In this document: positions 1 through 12,072 of the stretch, one piece after another
How the letters are laid out: each line of letters begins with the position of its first letter
Numbering within the stretch: position 1 is the first letter of the stretch
Origin: Octopus sinensis
Taxonomy: Eukaryota
DNA: 64,000 nucleotides
Assembly (NCBI RefSeq): GCF_006345805.1
Contig: NC_042997.1
Location: 159,588,001-159,652,000 of the forward strand
Direction of reading: 5' to 3'
The notes under the pieces: generated by a model
What the model was told of the DNA's origin: nothing
Seen by the model: only the letters and a program-made list of their open reading frames with translations
Database searches by the model: none
Position numbers and translations under genes: made by a program

Positions 1-495
1 AATAAAAAAATGGTATAGGCACACCTCAGAAAAGGTCACAGAAAACGAGAAAGCAATCATACTTTGGCATATGCCAATATACACAGAGAGAAAAATATAG
101 GCTAATAAAAAAAAATGATGTCTTCTAATCGGTGTATCAATACCAACAGATAACAACGTTTCTCTAAAAGAAACGGAGAAACTTTCAAAATACAAAGATC
201 TAGAAATAGAAGTAACTCGAATGTGGAGTCTAAAAACAGAAACATTACCTATCATAGTAGGCGCATTAGGTATGATAAAAAATATTCAGACAAATACATA
301 ACAGAAACACGAGGATTAACAAGCTTATATAACATACAGAAAATTGCACTACTAGGCACTGCACATATCCTACGTAAAACACTTTCAATACAGTAAAAAT
401 AAGAGCATCACAACAAACCACAGCACATATCCAAGGCACACAGAGCTGCGCTCAGTAGTGCAGTGAAAGCACATGATAAAAATATGACTACAGAA
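1..495 (+). mobile_element. 3' end of R4/Dong-clade non-LTR retrotransposon (family A): restriction-like endonuclease C-terminus plus 3' UTR, decayed
   Basis: Frameshifted translation gives ENEKAIILW..PI...CRLIGVSIPTDNNVSLK...KYKDLEIEVTRMWSLKTETLPIIVGALG...TAHILRKTLSIQ* (stop 394-396). It is near-identical to 14650-15140 and is followed by (AAT)n. Confidence 0.85.
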
Positions 496-501
496 TAATA
501 A

Positions 502-538
<37 letters not shown>

Positions 539-594
539 GCAATAATAATAATAATAATAATAATAATAGCAATATAATAATAATAATAATAATA

Positions 595-668
<74 letters not shown>

Positions 669-711
669 TATTATTATTATTATAATTACAATAATAACAA
701 CAACAACAACA
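495..711. repeat. (AAT)n microsatellite grading into (AAC)n
   Basis: Directly visible; source of the spurious poly-Y/I ORF 385..729. Confidence 0.95.
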
Positions 712-3700
712 AGGCCGCTTAGGAAACAATATTAGGACCTCTAGGTCTTATAGTAATAATATAATTATATTAGTAATAGGGAAATTATAGTAGTGAACAA
801 GTAAATAATTAGACAGGGGTTATAGTACTAATAATGAAATTATAATAGTGAAGAAGTAAATAATTACCCTGATTGATAATTAGCCAGGATGATTAACAAG
901 TGACGTTGTGAAACTATCGAATCGTCAGCGACTAAACCGGCAACTCCACTAAGATTGCTTGGTGAGGAGTTTGGATTTTCGACACACAGCAGGATTAAAA
1001 ACAAAACCCGGCAAAGGGCAGAGGAACTCAGAAGAGTCAATAGCCATTCCGAAAATGGGTTGACGGAACTCGTGAGCCTTGGTTGGCAGTCTGTCTAGGA
1101 TTAGAAACACTGATTTAAAAGTGGAATAGATAGGACTCCTAAGTCACAATGGTGACAACCTGTCCGTGTCCAACGGCTCCATGCCTGGGATGAAGACGAA
1201 TGACCCGCGAATCGAGACTTAATTCCGGAGCAATATCTGGATGAAGATCCGGGACTAACTGACGCTAACCTATCTCCTAGTGAGAATCATGATCATGGAC
1301 TCCAACACATAGAAATGCGAAGGGAACAGACACAACTTATGGGTAGTAAGAGGTTGCAGTTTCGGCTGACAATCTTACTAGAGATGATGTCTTGATAAAA
1401 ATACCGGTTGGCAGCTAACCTTAAAACACAAAGCTCATTGTTGAGTGAAAATGTCTAATATAAATATAACAAATAACGGTGTTAATGACGCTGGAGCCGA
1501 AAGTGGAAGCCTTTCTCCCTGCAGGTGCCCTGTGGCTGAGCAGCACAAACCTGGTCGTCATCCAGAGACTGCTTGTGCACAAAACCAGAGACAAAGAAGA
1601 AGATGGACTAAGGAAGCAAACCGAACGGGAATTGAATGCTGGATCAGGGGTGAACCCAGAAGGGGATTCCGACAACAAGTGAAAGCAAAATGGAATGAAA
1701 TAAAACTCTTCGAAATAAGTGAGCAGCGGTAGCTGACCAGGCAAGAGCAATAAGAACAAAGGGGTAGTTAACAGACATAGAAATTGAAGGGAACAAAAGG
1801 AAATTAGAAAATAGAAACAGATACATTGCCCAGCAAAAACAGAGAAATAAATGGCGGCAGTGAAGGCGTAGAGCAAAGTGTAAATCTAAACGCATTCTCA
1901 GCAAATGAAGCAGAAGTAATAGGAAGAGCTGTAACACGAGAATACGATGATGACCGACAAGATATAGTGAGGATGCTCAGCCGATATATTAGAGAAGACC
2001 TAGATCAAGCTCCCACCAATCTGAGGTACATTGATCGACGCAAGCTCAAAGTTGAAATCGAACAGATAGATTCGGTCCTTTAGCTATTCCAGACGATAGA
2101 TGTAGCTGAAACTAACAAGATTATTTGGGTTGCAGCTATGAGTTGCAGATTGAGTGGGATACAAAAGAAGAGGACAAACAGAACGTAAAGAATTTGTGAG
2201 AAACAAACGAGGTTAAAAAATATTTAGGACAAGTTGATAGATTGAATAGAAGGGAATTTCAGAACGAGAGCATAAGAATAATGCTGGAAAGAACATATAG
2301 AATAAGAGATAACGGTTATGATGTGATACTGGAAGAATTGAAACAAAGTGTAGTAGCAATCAAAGCAAATCTGTGAAGATATGACAACAGAACTAAACAA
2401 TTCAGACAAAACAGTTTGAAGCAAATCAGAAACTGTTTCAGGAACAAGATGGGTAATTACACGTAACAATGATGCCAGATGCAGAGGAAAGCAGGGCATT
2501 CTGGAGAGGGATCTGGGACCAACCTGTAGAGCATAATGATGAAGCAGATTGGCTGCATGAAATCCAAGATAAGTTAAGAAATATAGAAGGCCAAGAAGAC
2601 AAAGATAACTACAGAAGTGATAAGAAAGCATAAAAAAAAATTCTCATATTGGGAAAGCCCAGTGCTGGATGGGGTCAAAGGTTATTGGATGAAGAAGCGG
2701 AGAGGGCTCCATGAAAGGATAACGCAACAACTAGATGAATGCTTGCAGAAATGCGCAGTATTCAGCTGGATGACAAAAGGGAAAGACATTGTTGTGTGCC
2801 AAGGATCCTGAAAAGGGAAGTGTTGCATCCAACTTTAGACTAATAATGTTTTTCTGCTAATGTGGAAACTAATGTCTTGTGGGTTGGCTGGTGAACTTAT
2901 AGGTATCTGTGAAAACAATGGGCTGCTACCTATTGAACAGAAATAGTGTTGAAAGAGGGACCGGGGAACGAAGGATCAGCGTTTAATTGATAATCTAACT
3001 ATCAGGAACTGCAAGAGAGGACACACACAAACTTGAACATGGCATGTGTTGACTATCGTAAAGCATACAATATGATACCACACTCCTGGATAATAAAAAC
3101 AATGGAGATGTATGGAGTAGCAGAAAATAGGAGAAGCCTTATATGAAATAGAATGAAATGCTGGAGAACGGAATTGGTTGCAGCGAATCAAGTATTAGGA
3201 GAGGTGAACATCAAGAGAGGTATCTTCCAGGAGTGTTTCTACTGATTTTCATGTTGGGAATGATCTCATCTAGTGAAATACAACAGAAAACAAATTTGGA
3301 GTATGATTTGGAAAAAGGTAAGGGAAAACTGAACCACTTGGTATTGATGGATGACCTGAAGCTAGTCACAAAAACTGATGCAGAACTGGACAGCCTAGTC
3401 CAGTCTGTGCAGATTTTCTCCAATGATATTAAGATGGAGTTTGGACTCTCAAAATGTGCTACGATGGTGATGAGACGAAGAAAGCTTTTCAGAACAGAAG
3501 ACATATGGTTGCCAAGTGGTGAAATGATGAAGCCAATTGAATCTCAACCTCAATCCAGTTATAAATTCCTGGGAATACTTGAGTCAGATGGAATCAAACA
3601 GAATGACATGTAGGAAAAGACAAAAAGAGAGTACCTGCGGCAAGTGAGAAAAATATGCTACAAAGCTAAATGTCAGAAACATAATTTCGGCAATAAACAA

Positions 3701-4840
3701 GCACGCAGTCGCAGTTGTTCGGTATGGCGCTGGGACCATGAAGTTGACAGAGGAGGAACTAATGGACAGGAAATCAAGAAGGTTTCTAACAATGCTTGGT
3801 GCCCATCAACCACGTGCGGACACTGATCGCCTATACATGAAAAGAGCAAATGGAGGAAGAGGACTGATAAGTATGGAAGACTGCGTGCGTATCAAGCTTA
3901 ATGAGATACCTAAGGAAACTTGCTAATGACAGCTAAGAACGAAGGTGTATTGAAAGCAGAGAAAAAAAGGAAAAACCAGAGGAAGAACCGCAAAAAGGAC
4001 ACGAAGAAGATTTACGCAAGAAAGGACGATATAATCAATTCTATGCAACCACAACAGAAGTTGGTGGAAAAATAGGTGGTATTGGCTGATGAAAGGATCA
4101 CTAAAAAAGAGACCGAGAGCACTATACTAGCAGCACAAGACCAAGCTTTGGCCACGAACTGGAGGGTTAATCTAAGGAATAAGCAAGTGTCTCCGTTGTG
4201 CCACATCTGCAATAAAGTGGATGAAACCATTGCTCATATCACGAACCATTACAAGACGTGGCTACACGATCACGTAGCGAAAGTGTTACATTGGAAACTG
4301 ATAAAAAGTGGGTGCTAGAGAGAGGCAAGACGTGGTATGAGCACAAACCGCAGAGATTGACGGAGTCGGAGACTAGCAAAATCCAGTAGGATTTCCCAAT
4401 CCAAACAGATCAGGTCCTAGAGCATAACATACCGGACCTAGTTGTGGTGGACAAGATGCACCGCCTATGTTATGTAGTTGATGCAGCATGTCCCTTTGAC
4501 CCACGAATAGTCAATCAGAAAGGCGAAAGGTAGACAAATACAACCCTCTTAAGTACGAAATAGCCCGGCTATGGAAAATGAAGAAGGTGAAGATAGTACC
4601 AATTATTGTTGGGCCCTTGGGAACAGTATCAGAAAGCATCAAGAAGAATATAAAGGAGATTGGAATAGAGTGCCCAGCAGAACTGTTACAAATAGTTTGC
4701 CTCCTTGGCACGGCCAGAATAATCAGGAAAGTATTAGATAGCTGAAAAGAATGAATAACATGATGCCGTAGGCTGCAGGTAGCAATCCCGCTACGCATGC
4801 AAGACTATAGGAGCTCCAACAAAATCTGTGATAAAGAGAA
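712..4840 (+). mobile_element. Near full-length, heavily decayed R4/Dong-clade non-LTR retrotransposon (family B): ~730-bp 5' UTR, single RT+RLE ORF remnant ~1445-4743, 3' UTR
   Basis: Typical N-terminal motif RRRWTKEANR..ECWIRGEPRRGFRQQVKAKWNE..LFEISEQR; RT remnants (NHLVLMDDLKL, KMEFGLSKC, YKFLGILE); LYMKRANGGRGLISMEDC; zinc finger CHICNKVDETIAHI; RLE end IVPIIVGPLG..ARIIRKVLDS*. Flanked by (AAT/AAC)n and (ACT/AAT)n. Confidence 0.85.
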
Positions 4841-4841
4841 A

Positions 4842-5028
<187 letters not shown>

Positions 5029-5135
5029 CCTTTCTACTATAGGCACAAGGCCTGAAATTTTGTGGGTGGGGGGGCTAGTCGATTACACCAATCCCAGTGC
5101 GTTACATTATTGACCCCGAAAGGATGAAAGGCAGT
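5029..5135 (-). mobile_element. SINE fragment (family 1 core with tail type 2)
   Basis: CTTTCTACTATAGGCACAAGGCC...GTCGATTAC...GACCCCGAAAGGATGAAAGGC matches the copy at 58985-59193. Confidence 0.7.
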
Positions 5136-6291
5136 CTTTTTCGGGTAGTGCACACGCGTCATCATGTACAGTCGACTGACCGAACGAATCAGCAATTGTA
5201 ACTCTTGTTTATCTCATAATTTAACATGCGTAGTTGTAATATCTAAATTAATACTGTGATAAATGCAATATTTGTCTCTTTACATAATAATTCTCTGCAG
5301 AGAGAAATTCAGGAATTTGAGTTTCGGCTCTCTGGTGTTTTCATCAGAAACTACGTACACCTTATTCTTCCCATGGAAAGAATACTTTATAATGTAACCT
5401 AATATGGTAGTATTAGTGAGTTAGAAAATTAATTTTAGCGTTAATGTTTTCACTGGTAGCCACTTCAAAATATTTGCTAATTTGTCTTCTAAACATACAC
5501 CAACCTTTTCCATAACACACACACACACAGATAGAATGATGGGAATAAGATTTTAGGAACTAGAAATATACTAAAATCCTTGAGGATGAGATTGGAAAAT
5601 GGTGGGTTTGAAGCTATAAGCTCCCAACTATATGGTAAAAAGTAAAGGAACATCATTTGCCAGCGAAACCTTTCGTTTTCATTACTGTATGCACACACAA
5701 CCACAATTAATACGCATGCACTAAGAAAAAGAAGATGAAATAGGAAAGGTCTGGATACATTTCAGTTTAAACAGCTAGGTTTGGGTACGTTACTGTCTAT
5801 AAGTAGAGAGGGAGACGACTGAGAAAGAGACATTAAAACTTAACTAACCATAAAATATGCAAAAACAATACCGTAATAACCCCTAAACGCATCAGTGAAT
5901 ACTCAAGTGTAATAAATATTGCATGTACATACAATAATCATTTCTTGCTTTTTTATCCTCAGGAGATTATATATGTATGTACACCCACCAGTATGCGTGA
6001 GTTAGTGTGTATGTATATGCATATATGAATGCATTTATATATATATATATATATATATATTTATAGATACACACACATATATAATTTACGTGCATGCATA
6101 TGAGTATGAATTATGAATAGTATGTTTTTTAGGTGCATTTGTGTTGAGAGAACGAAAGAACAATGAACTGATTGGACCTATCCTTAGCGCTGCAGGTAGA
6201 AACTTGTTGTGTGTTAGTGTCCGTCCCTGCGCGTGTGCATTTACTGACATAAACACACACACGCACATACACACACACATATGTATGTTCA

Positions 6292-6327
6292 TATAAATAT
6301 CTGCTATTTAAACTGTTGTACATCATT
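6292..6327 (+). promoter_or_regulatory. Possible core promoter (TATA box + Inr-like TCATT) of the lectin gene
   Basis: TATAAATA at 6292-6299 and TCATT at 6323-6327, about 33 nt apart and ~200 nt upstream of the ATG. AT-rich background makes a chance match plausible. Confidence 0.3.
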
Positions 6328-6532
6328 GAGAAGAAAACCTTGTCAGAGTGCTATGTTATTTGATACATGGTCGGAAAAATTTTCTCTTTGATAGAAAAGA
6401 AAAAAATTACAAGAATAAACGGTAGAAACAAATTCAAAATAAGCTAACAAGAAAACGTTTATGTATGCAAAGAGGTAATTTCCTCGCTCGTGAATGTTTG
6501 AACTGCTATTTATCACAAAGTAATAGAGAAAT

Positions 6533-6887
6533 ATGGATTGCTTTTCAGTTTGGCACGTCATTCGAAAAGCGAATCTTCACGTAATTACTTTTCCAATACT
6601 GTTATTCCAGATATGCTTGGGCAGTAATGTAGCTCTCAGAGAATATTATGGGACTCGTGTTCCACCCCCTCAAACTGCCATTCCAGAAGATGACAAACTA
6701 ATTCAGATGTCAAACATCCGATCAGAAATTGAATGCTTTTCTCACTGTATGACGTATTCCAAATGTGGTATGATTATTTACAGCGTTTCCGACGAACTAT
6801 GTATCCTACGTAAAATCAAGCTATTACCTAATGCCTCGTCATTCATCGACATTCCTGCAAACAGTATTTACACCATGCTACAAGCCC
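6533..6887 (+). CDS. Exon 1 of secreted PAN/Apple-like + C-type lectin protein (signal peptide and PAN-like domain)
   Basis: ATG 6533; hydrophobic leader LHVITFPILLFQICLG; PAN-like Cys pattern ECFSHCMTYSKC...LC; donor GTGAGT at 6888, phase 1. Confidence 0.85.
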
Positions 6888-7526
6888 GTGAGTAGTTTCT
6901 AAATTTTCTTTTTAGCGTACGTTTCGTGCGTGTTCAATTTATTTTATTTTGTTTTAGCTCTTGCTGATCTATGACCTAACAAATTTACGACTGAATACCT
7001 TCCAGCTGTGACTTTGTTGTATTTTTGATTGCACATTGGCTCCCGTTATCTGATCTATTCTTTCCTTATTTCAGGCGATATCTGAGTTCTGATAGGCATT
7101 TGATTACTATTACTAGCAGTGGTGCAACTTACTTATATGTTGTAGAATACAATCATTCTTAAAACTGTTCTAACTGCAATCATTCCTTCTTTCTTTAAAA
7201 TGCAATGTATCCAGATATACCTTATTCTACCTTGTCTTTCTTAGACGATTGGATGTTTATTTGAAGGCAATTAACGCTAGTTGCTGACTGTTAACACTCT
7301 GCAACTATTTAGATTACTCGTTTTGGCTCGTATGGTGCATGTGCGCGTGCGTGTGTATGCGTTTGTCTCTGTGCGTGTGTATGTGTGTGCGCTTATATCT
7401 TTGTGTATATCATGTAGGTATGAGCTTTGTATGTGTAAGGTATAATTGTAAAGTAATTTAGTGGAATATAAAGAAAATGTTTGTTACAGTAGTTTCATAA
7501 AGTGTCCTAAGTAGATATTAGCTTCT

Positions 7527-7941
7527 TATTTTTTATTGCCCACAAGGGGCTAAACATAGAGGAGACAAACAAGACAGACAAACGGATTAAGTCAATTACA
7601 TCGACCCCAGTGCGTAACTGGTACTTAATTTATCGACCCCGAAAAGATGGAAGGCAAAGTCGATCTCAGCGGAATTTGAAATCAGAACGTAACGGCAGAC
7701 GAAATACCTATTTCTTTACTACCCGTAAGGGGCTAAACACAGAAGGGACAAGCAAGGACAAACAAAGGGATTAAGTCGATTATATCGACCCCAGTGCGTA
7801 ACTGGTACTTAATTTATCGACCCCGAAAGGTTGAAAGGCTAAGACGACCTCGGCAGAATTTGAACTCAGAACGTAACGGCAGACGAAATACCGCTTAGCA
7901 TTTTGCCCGGCGTGCTAACGTTTCTGCTAGCTCGCCGCCTT
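7527..7941 (-). mobile_element. Two tandem tRNA-derived SINE copies (family 1, tail type 1)
   Basis: Reverse complement of the SINE at 55637-55876 (A-box GGCGGCGAGCT.GCAGA, B-box GAGTTCAAATTC). Second copy truncated. Confidence 0.85.
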
Positions 7942-8489
7942 CTAGTAGATATTAGCTTCTGTTAATTTATAAGAACACTGGTTTAGATAAATTGGGCCAT
8001 CAGTAATATATGTCAAAATATTAAAAGGACCATCAAATATCACAAAAATCATTGGATGCAGATGACCATTTTCATTGTTCAGTGGATTAAATCAGGATCT
8101 CAGATTATGACCAATGGAAAAAATTCTAGTGTTTTACGAAATAAAGTGTCTGTAAACGAAATTTAATAATAGTGTAACTTATAAAAGATGCTTTTCCCAA
8201 TTTTCGAAATAGCTTATTACTGCATAATTGTTACATGACCAAATTCCTTCTTTAAATATTTCTTGCTTCATTTAATATCTTATTAATTGTAGAGTGGCAA
8301 CAAGGGTTGTCCGTTAAACATAGGTATGACGCATTCGCTGTTTGGTAATGTCGTACAAAGGTTCCAAAAGAAAATAAACTTGAGAACTGTTGATTATGAC
8401 GTTTTGCTGCTATACTTGCACGCATACATGCAGCTATTCCTGGCACTTATAGAATAGTGTTCTACGTTAATATCTAATTTGATATTAAT

Positions 8490-8697
8490 TTCAAATTTTG
8501 GCACTAGGCCAACAATGTATGGGAGGCAGTAAGTCGATTACATCAACCACCAGTGCTCAACTGGTACTTACTTTATCGACCCTGAAAGGATAAAAGACAA
8601 AGTCGTCTTCGATGGATTTTGAACTTAGAACGTAAAGAACGAAATACCAATAAACATTTTTCCCGGCGTGCTAACGATTCTTCAAGCTCACTGCCCT
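8490..8697 (-). mobile_element. tRNA-derived SINE (family 1 core, tail type 3)
   Basis: Same head and core as 7712-7941 but a different 3' tail (TTGTTGGCCTAGTGCCAAAATTTGAAAT on the sense strand). Confidence 0.75.
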
Positions 8698-8706
8698 ATT
8701 ATCTAA

Positions 8707-9033
8707 AGGAGCACTCCGTCGGTTACGACGATGAGGGTCCCAGCTGATATGATCAACGGAACGGCTTGCCCGTGAAATTAACGTGCAAGTGGCTGAGCAC
8801 TTCCCAGACACGTGTACCCTTAACGTAGTTTGCAAGGAGATTCAGCGTGACACAGAGTGTGACAAGACTGGCCCTTTTGAAATACAGGTACTACTCATTT
8901 TTACCAGCTGAGTAGAGTGGAGCAGCGTGAAATAAAGTGTCTTGTTCAAGGACACAACGCGTCGCCGGGAATCGAATTCCCAACCTTACGATCATGAGCC
9001 GAATGCCCTAACCACTAAGCCACGCGCCCTCAC
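8707..9033 (-). mobile_element. tRNA-derived SINE (family 2)
   Basis: Head GGCGCGTGGCTTAGTGGTTAGGGCATTCGG..GAATTCGATTCCC on minus; homologous to 50994-51313 and 31727-32111; flanked by an imperfect ~14-bp duplication GCCCTATT(A/C)TCTAA. Confidence 0.85.
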
Positions 9034-9219
9034 GCCCTATTCTCTAATTTCATATTGACAGTATACCTTATAAAACAATGGCTGATGCCATCTGCAATCG
9101 GTGCTGTGAAGGGTCGGTGTATAAGTGAGCATTTTATAATTATTGATTTGAGGAACGGTTACACATTTCTTTCCGTTTCTTTTATTCTCTAATTTATAAT
9201 TATTCTCAGTGCTCCAATG

Positions 9220-9870
9220 ATTGCAGCAGTGCCAGTAATATCCCTAACAGTGTTTCTCACATTTCTCTCCCCATATGTTTGTTTCAGAATAGTTTACGTG
9301 TCTGCGACATTCAAAGGCTGTTTACACTGATCTCAAGTCCCTACCAGTTTTATCTCTTCTTAGGTAGAGCCTGTCGATATCATTATTTTGTATAGTTTTC
9401 CAGTTGACGTTAGAATCTTGTCGGTTTTAATGTCTATGGAGTAGATTTCATTTACAGACCAGCCAAGTCTCCCAAATGTTGGAATCAGCACTGGTACTGC
9501 AAATGCATTGTGGGATATTGTCATGTTGTAGGCAGGCGGTGGGTTCAGACCGCCATATATTTTCTTAGTCTGATGTAATATTCTCGGGTCATTCTATCTT
9601 TATTCACAGTAACTTGCTATGATATAACATTCTTCAATGCCATGGTACTTGTAGCATACTTTGTGTGGGACAGGACATATAGTGTGTCTATTGATGCACA
9701 GGTTTTGGGGCCGGGGAGGGGGGACTGATTTTCCCCGTTCAACAATTAAATAAGAACATTTCTTCTGGCCAAATTCTATTCCTTTGTCACCTGAAAATGT
9801 TTTTATTAATTCCAGTTGCTTATTTGGTATTAACATTTTTAGCATAAATTTTGAGGTCATCCACAAAGAA
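9220..9870 (-). mobile_element. R4-clade RT fragment, decayed
   Basis: KTFSGDKGIEFGQKKCSYL, YKYHGIEE, HNAFAVPVLIPTFG, typical of the post-YMDD region of R4-type RTs. Confidence 0.7.
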
Positions 9871-9970
9871 ATGTATGTATGTATGTATGTATGTATGTAT
9901 GTATGTATGTATGTATGTATGTATGTATGTATGTATGTATGAGTGTCTGTATGTGTGTGTGCGTGTGTGT
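9871..9970. repeat. (ATGT)n then (GT)n microsatellite
   Basis: Directly visible. Confidence 0.95.
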
Positions 9971-10243
9971 GTACATATGTCCAGTTCACCCGTTCAAAAG
10001 CCCTGCCGTTATTTTAGCTCTCTTATTTTATTTCACTCCCTTTCTGTTTCTTTCTCTCTCTCTCTCTTTCTTGTGATCTTCTCTCAATGGCTCTCTTTAT
10101 TACCTCACCCCCACTTTATCTTTTTTTTCCTGTACGCCTCCAACGTAGTTAAAAGTTAAAAGCGACGTGAAATTAGAATAAGCTATTACTTTACCGCATG
10201 ATCTAACAGAAGAAACATATTTCTCTTGCCCACCTATATATAG

Positions 10244-10423
10244 CTGAATGTCCGACGTCAGACGGCTACACTTACCGACCAGAACTGAGATTGTGTTATC
10301 AAATAGGTTCAACGAAAAGTTCGTGGAATGAAGCTGCAGACAATTGCAATAAGGATCGAGGACAACTTATTCACATTATAAATTTAGAAGTAATGAACTA
10401 TCTAAAAACAATATTATCGTCAA
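10244..10423 (+). CDS. Exon 2 of the PAN-CTLD gene (N-terminal half of the C-type lectin domain)
   Basis: Not in the ORF track. AG at 10242-43, 180 nt, donor GTGAGT at 10424, phase 1-1. Reads (P)ECPTSDGYTYRPELRLCYQIGSTKSSWNEAADNCNKDRGQLIHIINLEVMNYLKTILSS, the classic C..CY...SW..A...C....L pattern. Confidence 0.9.
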
Positions 10424-10445
10424 GTGAGTGATATTTTACTATTTA

Positions 10446-10680
10446 CACTCTCTCTCCCTCTCCCCTCTCTCTCCTTCTTCCATCCCTCTCCACCCTCCCC
10501 CTTTCTCTCCCTCTCTCTCCTCCCCCCTCTCTCCGCTCTCCCCTCTCTCCCCCTCCCCTTTCTCTCCTTCTCCCCTCTCTCTCCCTCTCTCTCCTCTCTC
10601 CCTCTCTCCCTCTCCCCTCGCTCTTCCTCTCTCCCTTTCTCCTATCTCTCCCTCTCACCTATCTCTCCCTCCCCTCCTCA
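10446..10680. repeat. CT-rich polypyrimidine low-complexity tract at the start of intron 2
   Basis: Directly visible; source of SLP/RGE-rich spurious ORFs. Confidence 0.9.
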
Positions 10681-10684
10681 TATT

Positions 10685-11480
10685 GTTCTTCAGAAAATGT
10701 ACAGTCAGTTTGCAAGAGATGTGAATGCCAAGACAGATGCAGAGGACCGGTGGCTATGTATGAGGAGGAGTGACATGAAGATAGAGACAGAAGCACTCAT
10801 ATGCACAGATCAGGAACAAGAATTAAGGACCAATTATATGAAGTGCAGAATAGACAACACTACCGATAGCCACACATGCAAAATATAAGGTACATCGTTA
10901 GCGAATGCCCGAATTTGGCACAACGCGAATACAAAAGAAAGCATGACAATGTAGAAAGAATGATCCATTTGGAACTCTGTGAAAATCACGGCCTACAAAG
11001 AGCAAAGATGTGGTATGAGAAAACTCCAGAAGGAATCACCGAAAATGAGAATTGCAAAATCTTGTGGGATGTAATTATCCAGTACGATCACCTGACTAGA
11101 TATCGGAAACCGGACATTGTCGTGGTGAATAAAAAAGAAAGAACATGTATGATAATCGACATAGCAGAAGAAAAAATAAAAAACTATGACGATTTGAAGT
11201 GGGAAATACAAAGGTTGTGGTCAGTGAAGAGAGTAGACGTGATACCAATAGTAATTGGTGCACTTTGAAGTATTAGCACTTAGCTACTAACATGACTGAA
11301 AAAGATCGGTGCAAGTGTGAAGGTAGAACACCTATAAAAATCAGCAATGCTTGGAGCTGCGAGAATTCTAGGCAGGGTTCTTGAAGCATGACCAACAAAC
11401 AAGTGTCACCTTTGTCTACTGGCTGTGTACAGCTGACACTTTCCATCATACCCAGCAAAATAAGCTCTGAATTTTTTTTT
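10685..11480 (+). mobile_element. 5'-truncated R4/Dong-clade element (family C), zinc finger + RLE + 3' UTR
   Basis: IETEALIC..QEQELRTNY, SECPNLAQREYKRKHDNV, KILWD.IIQYDH...KPDIVVV, DVIPIVIGAL; followed by (AAT/GAT)n. Confidence 0.85.
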
Positions 11481-11530
11481 ATATAATAATAATAGTAATA
11501 ATAATAATGATGATGATGATGATGATGATG

Positions 11531-11589
<59 letters not shown>

Positions 11590-11606
11590 GATGATGATGA
11601 TAATGC

Positions 11607-11639
<33 letters not shown>

Positions 11640-11935
11640 GAAACTCTCAAAATACAAAGACCTGGAAATAGAGGTAACCAGAATGTGGAATCTAAAAACA
11701 GAAACAATTCCTATCATAGTAGGTGCATTAGGCATGATAAAAAAATATTCAGACAAATACATAACAAAAACACCAGAACTTACAAACACATATAACATAC
11801 AGAAAATTGCATTACTAGGCACTGCACACATCCTACGCAGAACATTTTCCATACAGTAACCATCAGAGCATCACAGGCACACAGAGCTGCGCTCGGTAGT
11901 GAAGTGAAAGCACGCTATAAAAATAAAACTACTGA
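11640..11935 (+). mobile_element. Short 3' fragment of R4/Dong family A between two (AAT)n tracts
   Basis: Near-identical to 14820-15140 (KLSKYKDLEIEVTRMWNLKTETIPIIVGALG...). Confidence 0.9.
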
Positions 11936-11971
11936 ATAATAATAATAATAATAATGATAATAATAATAATG

Positions 11972-12041
<70 letters not shown>

Positions 12042-12072
12042 TAATAATAATAATGATAATAATAATAATATT

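Noticed and set aside
385-729. Low-complexity ORFs (poly-Y/I/N/S/T, MYVC, IYIY, ERER, HTHT) throughout the ORF track
   Set aside because: They are translations of (AAT)n, (ACT)n, (ATGT)n, (TA)n, (AG)n and (CA)n microsatellites; no coding signal.
712-1440. HDV-like ribozyme at the R4 5' end
   Set aside because: Could not thread P1/P2/P3/P1.1 by eye; left as an open test only.
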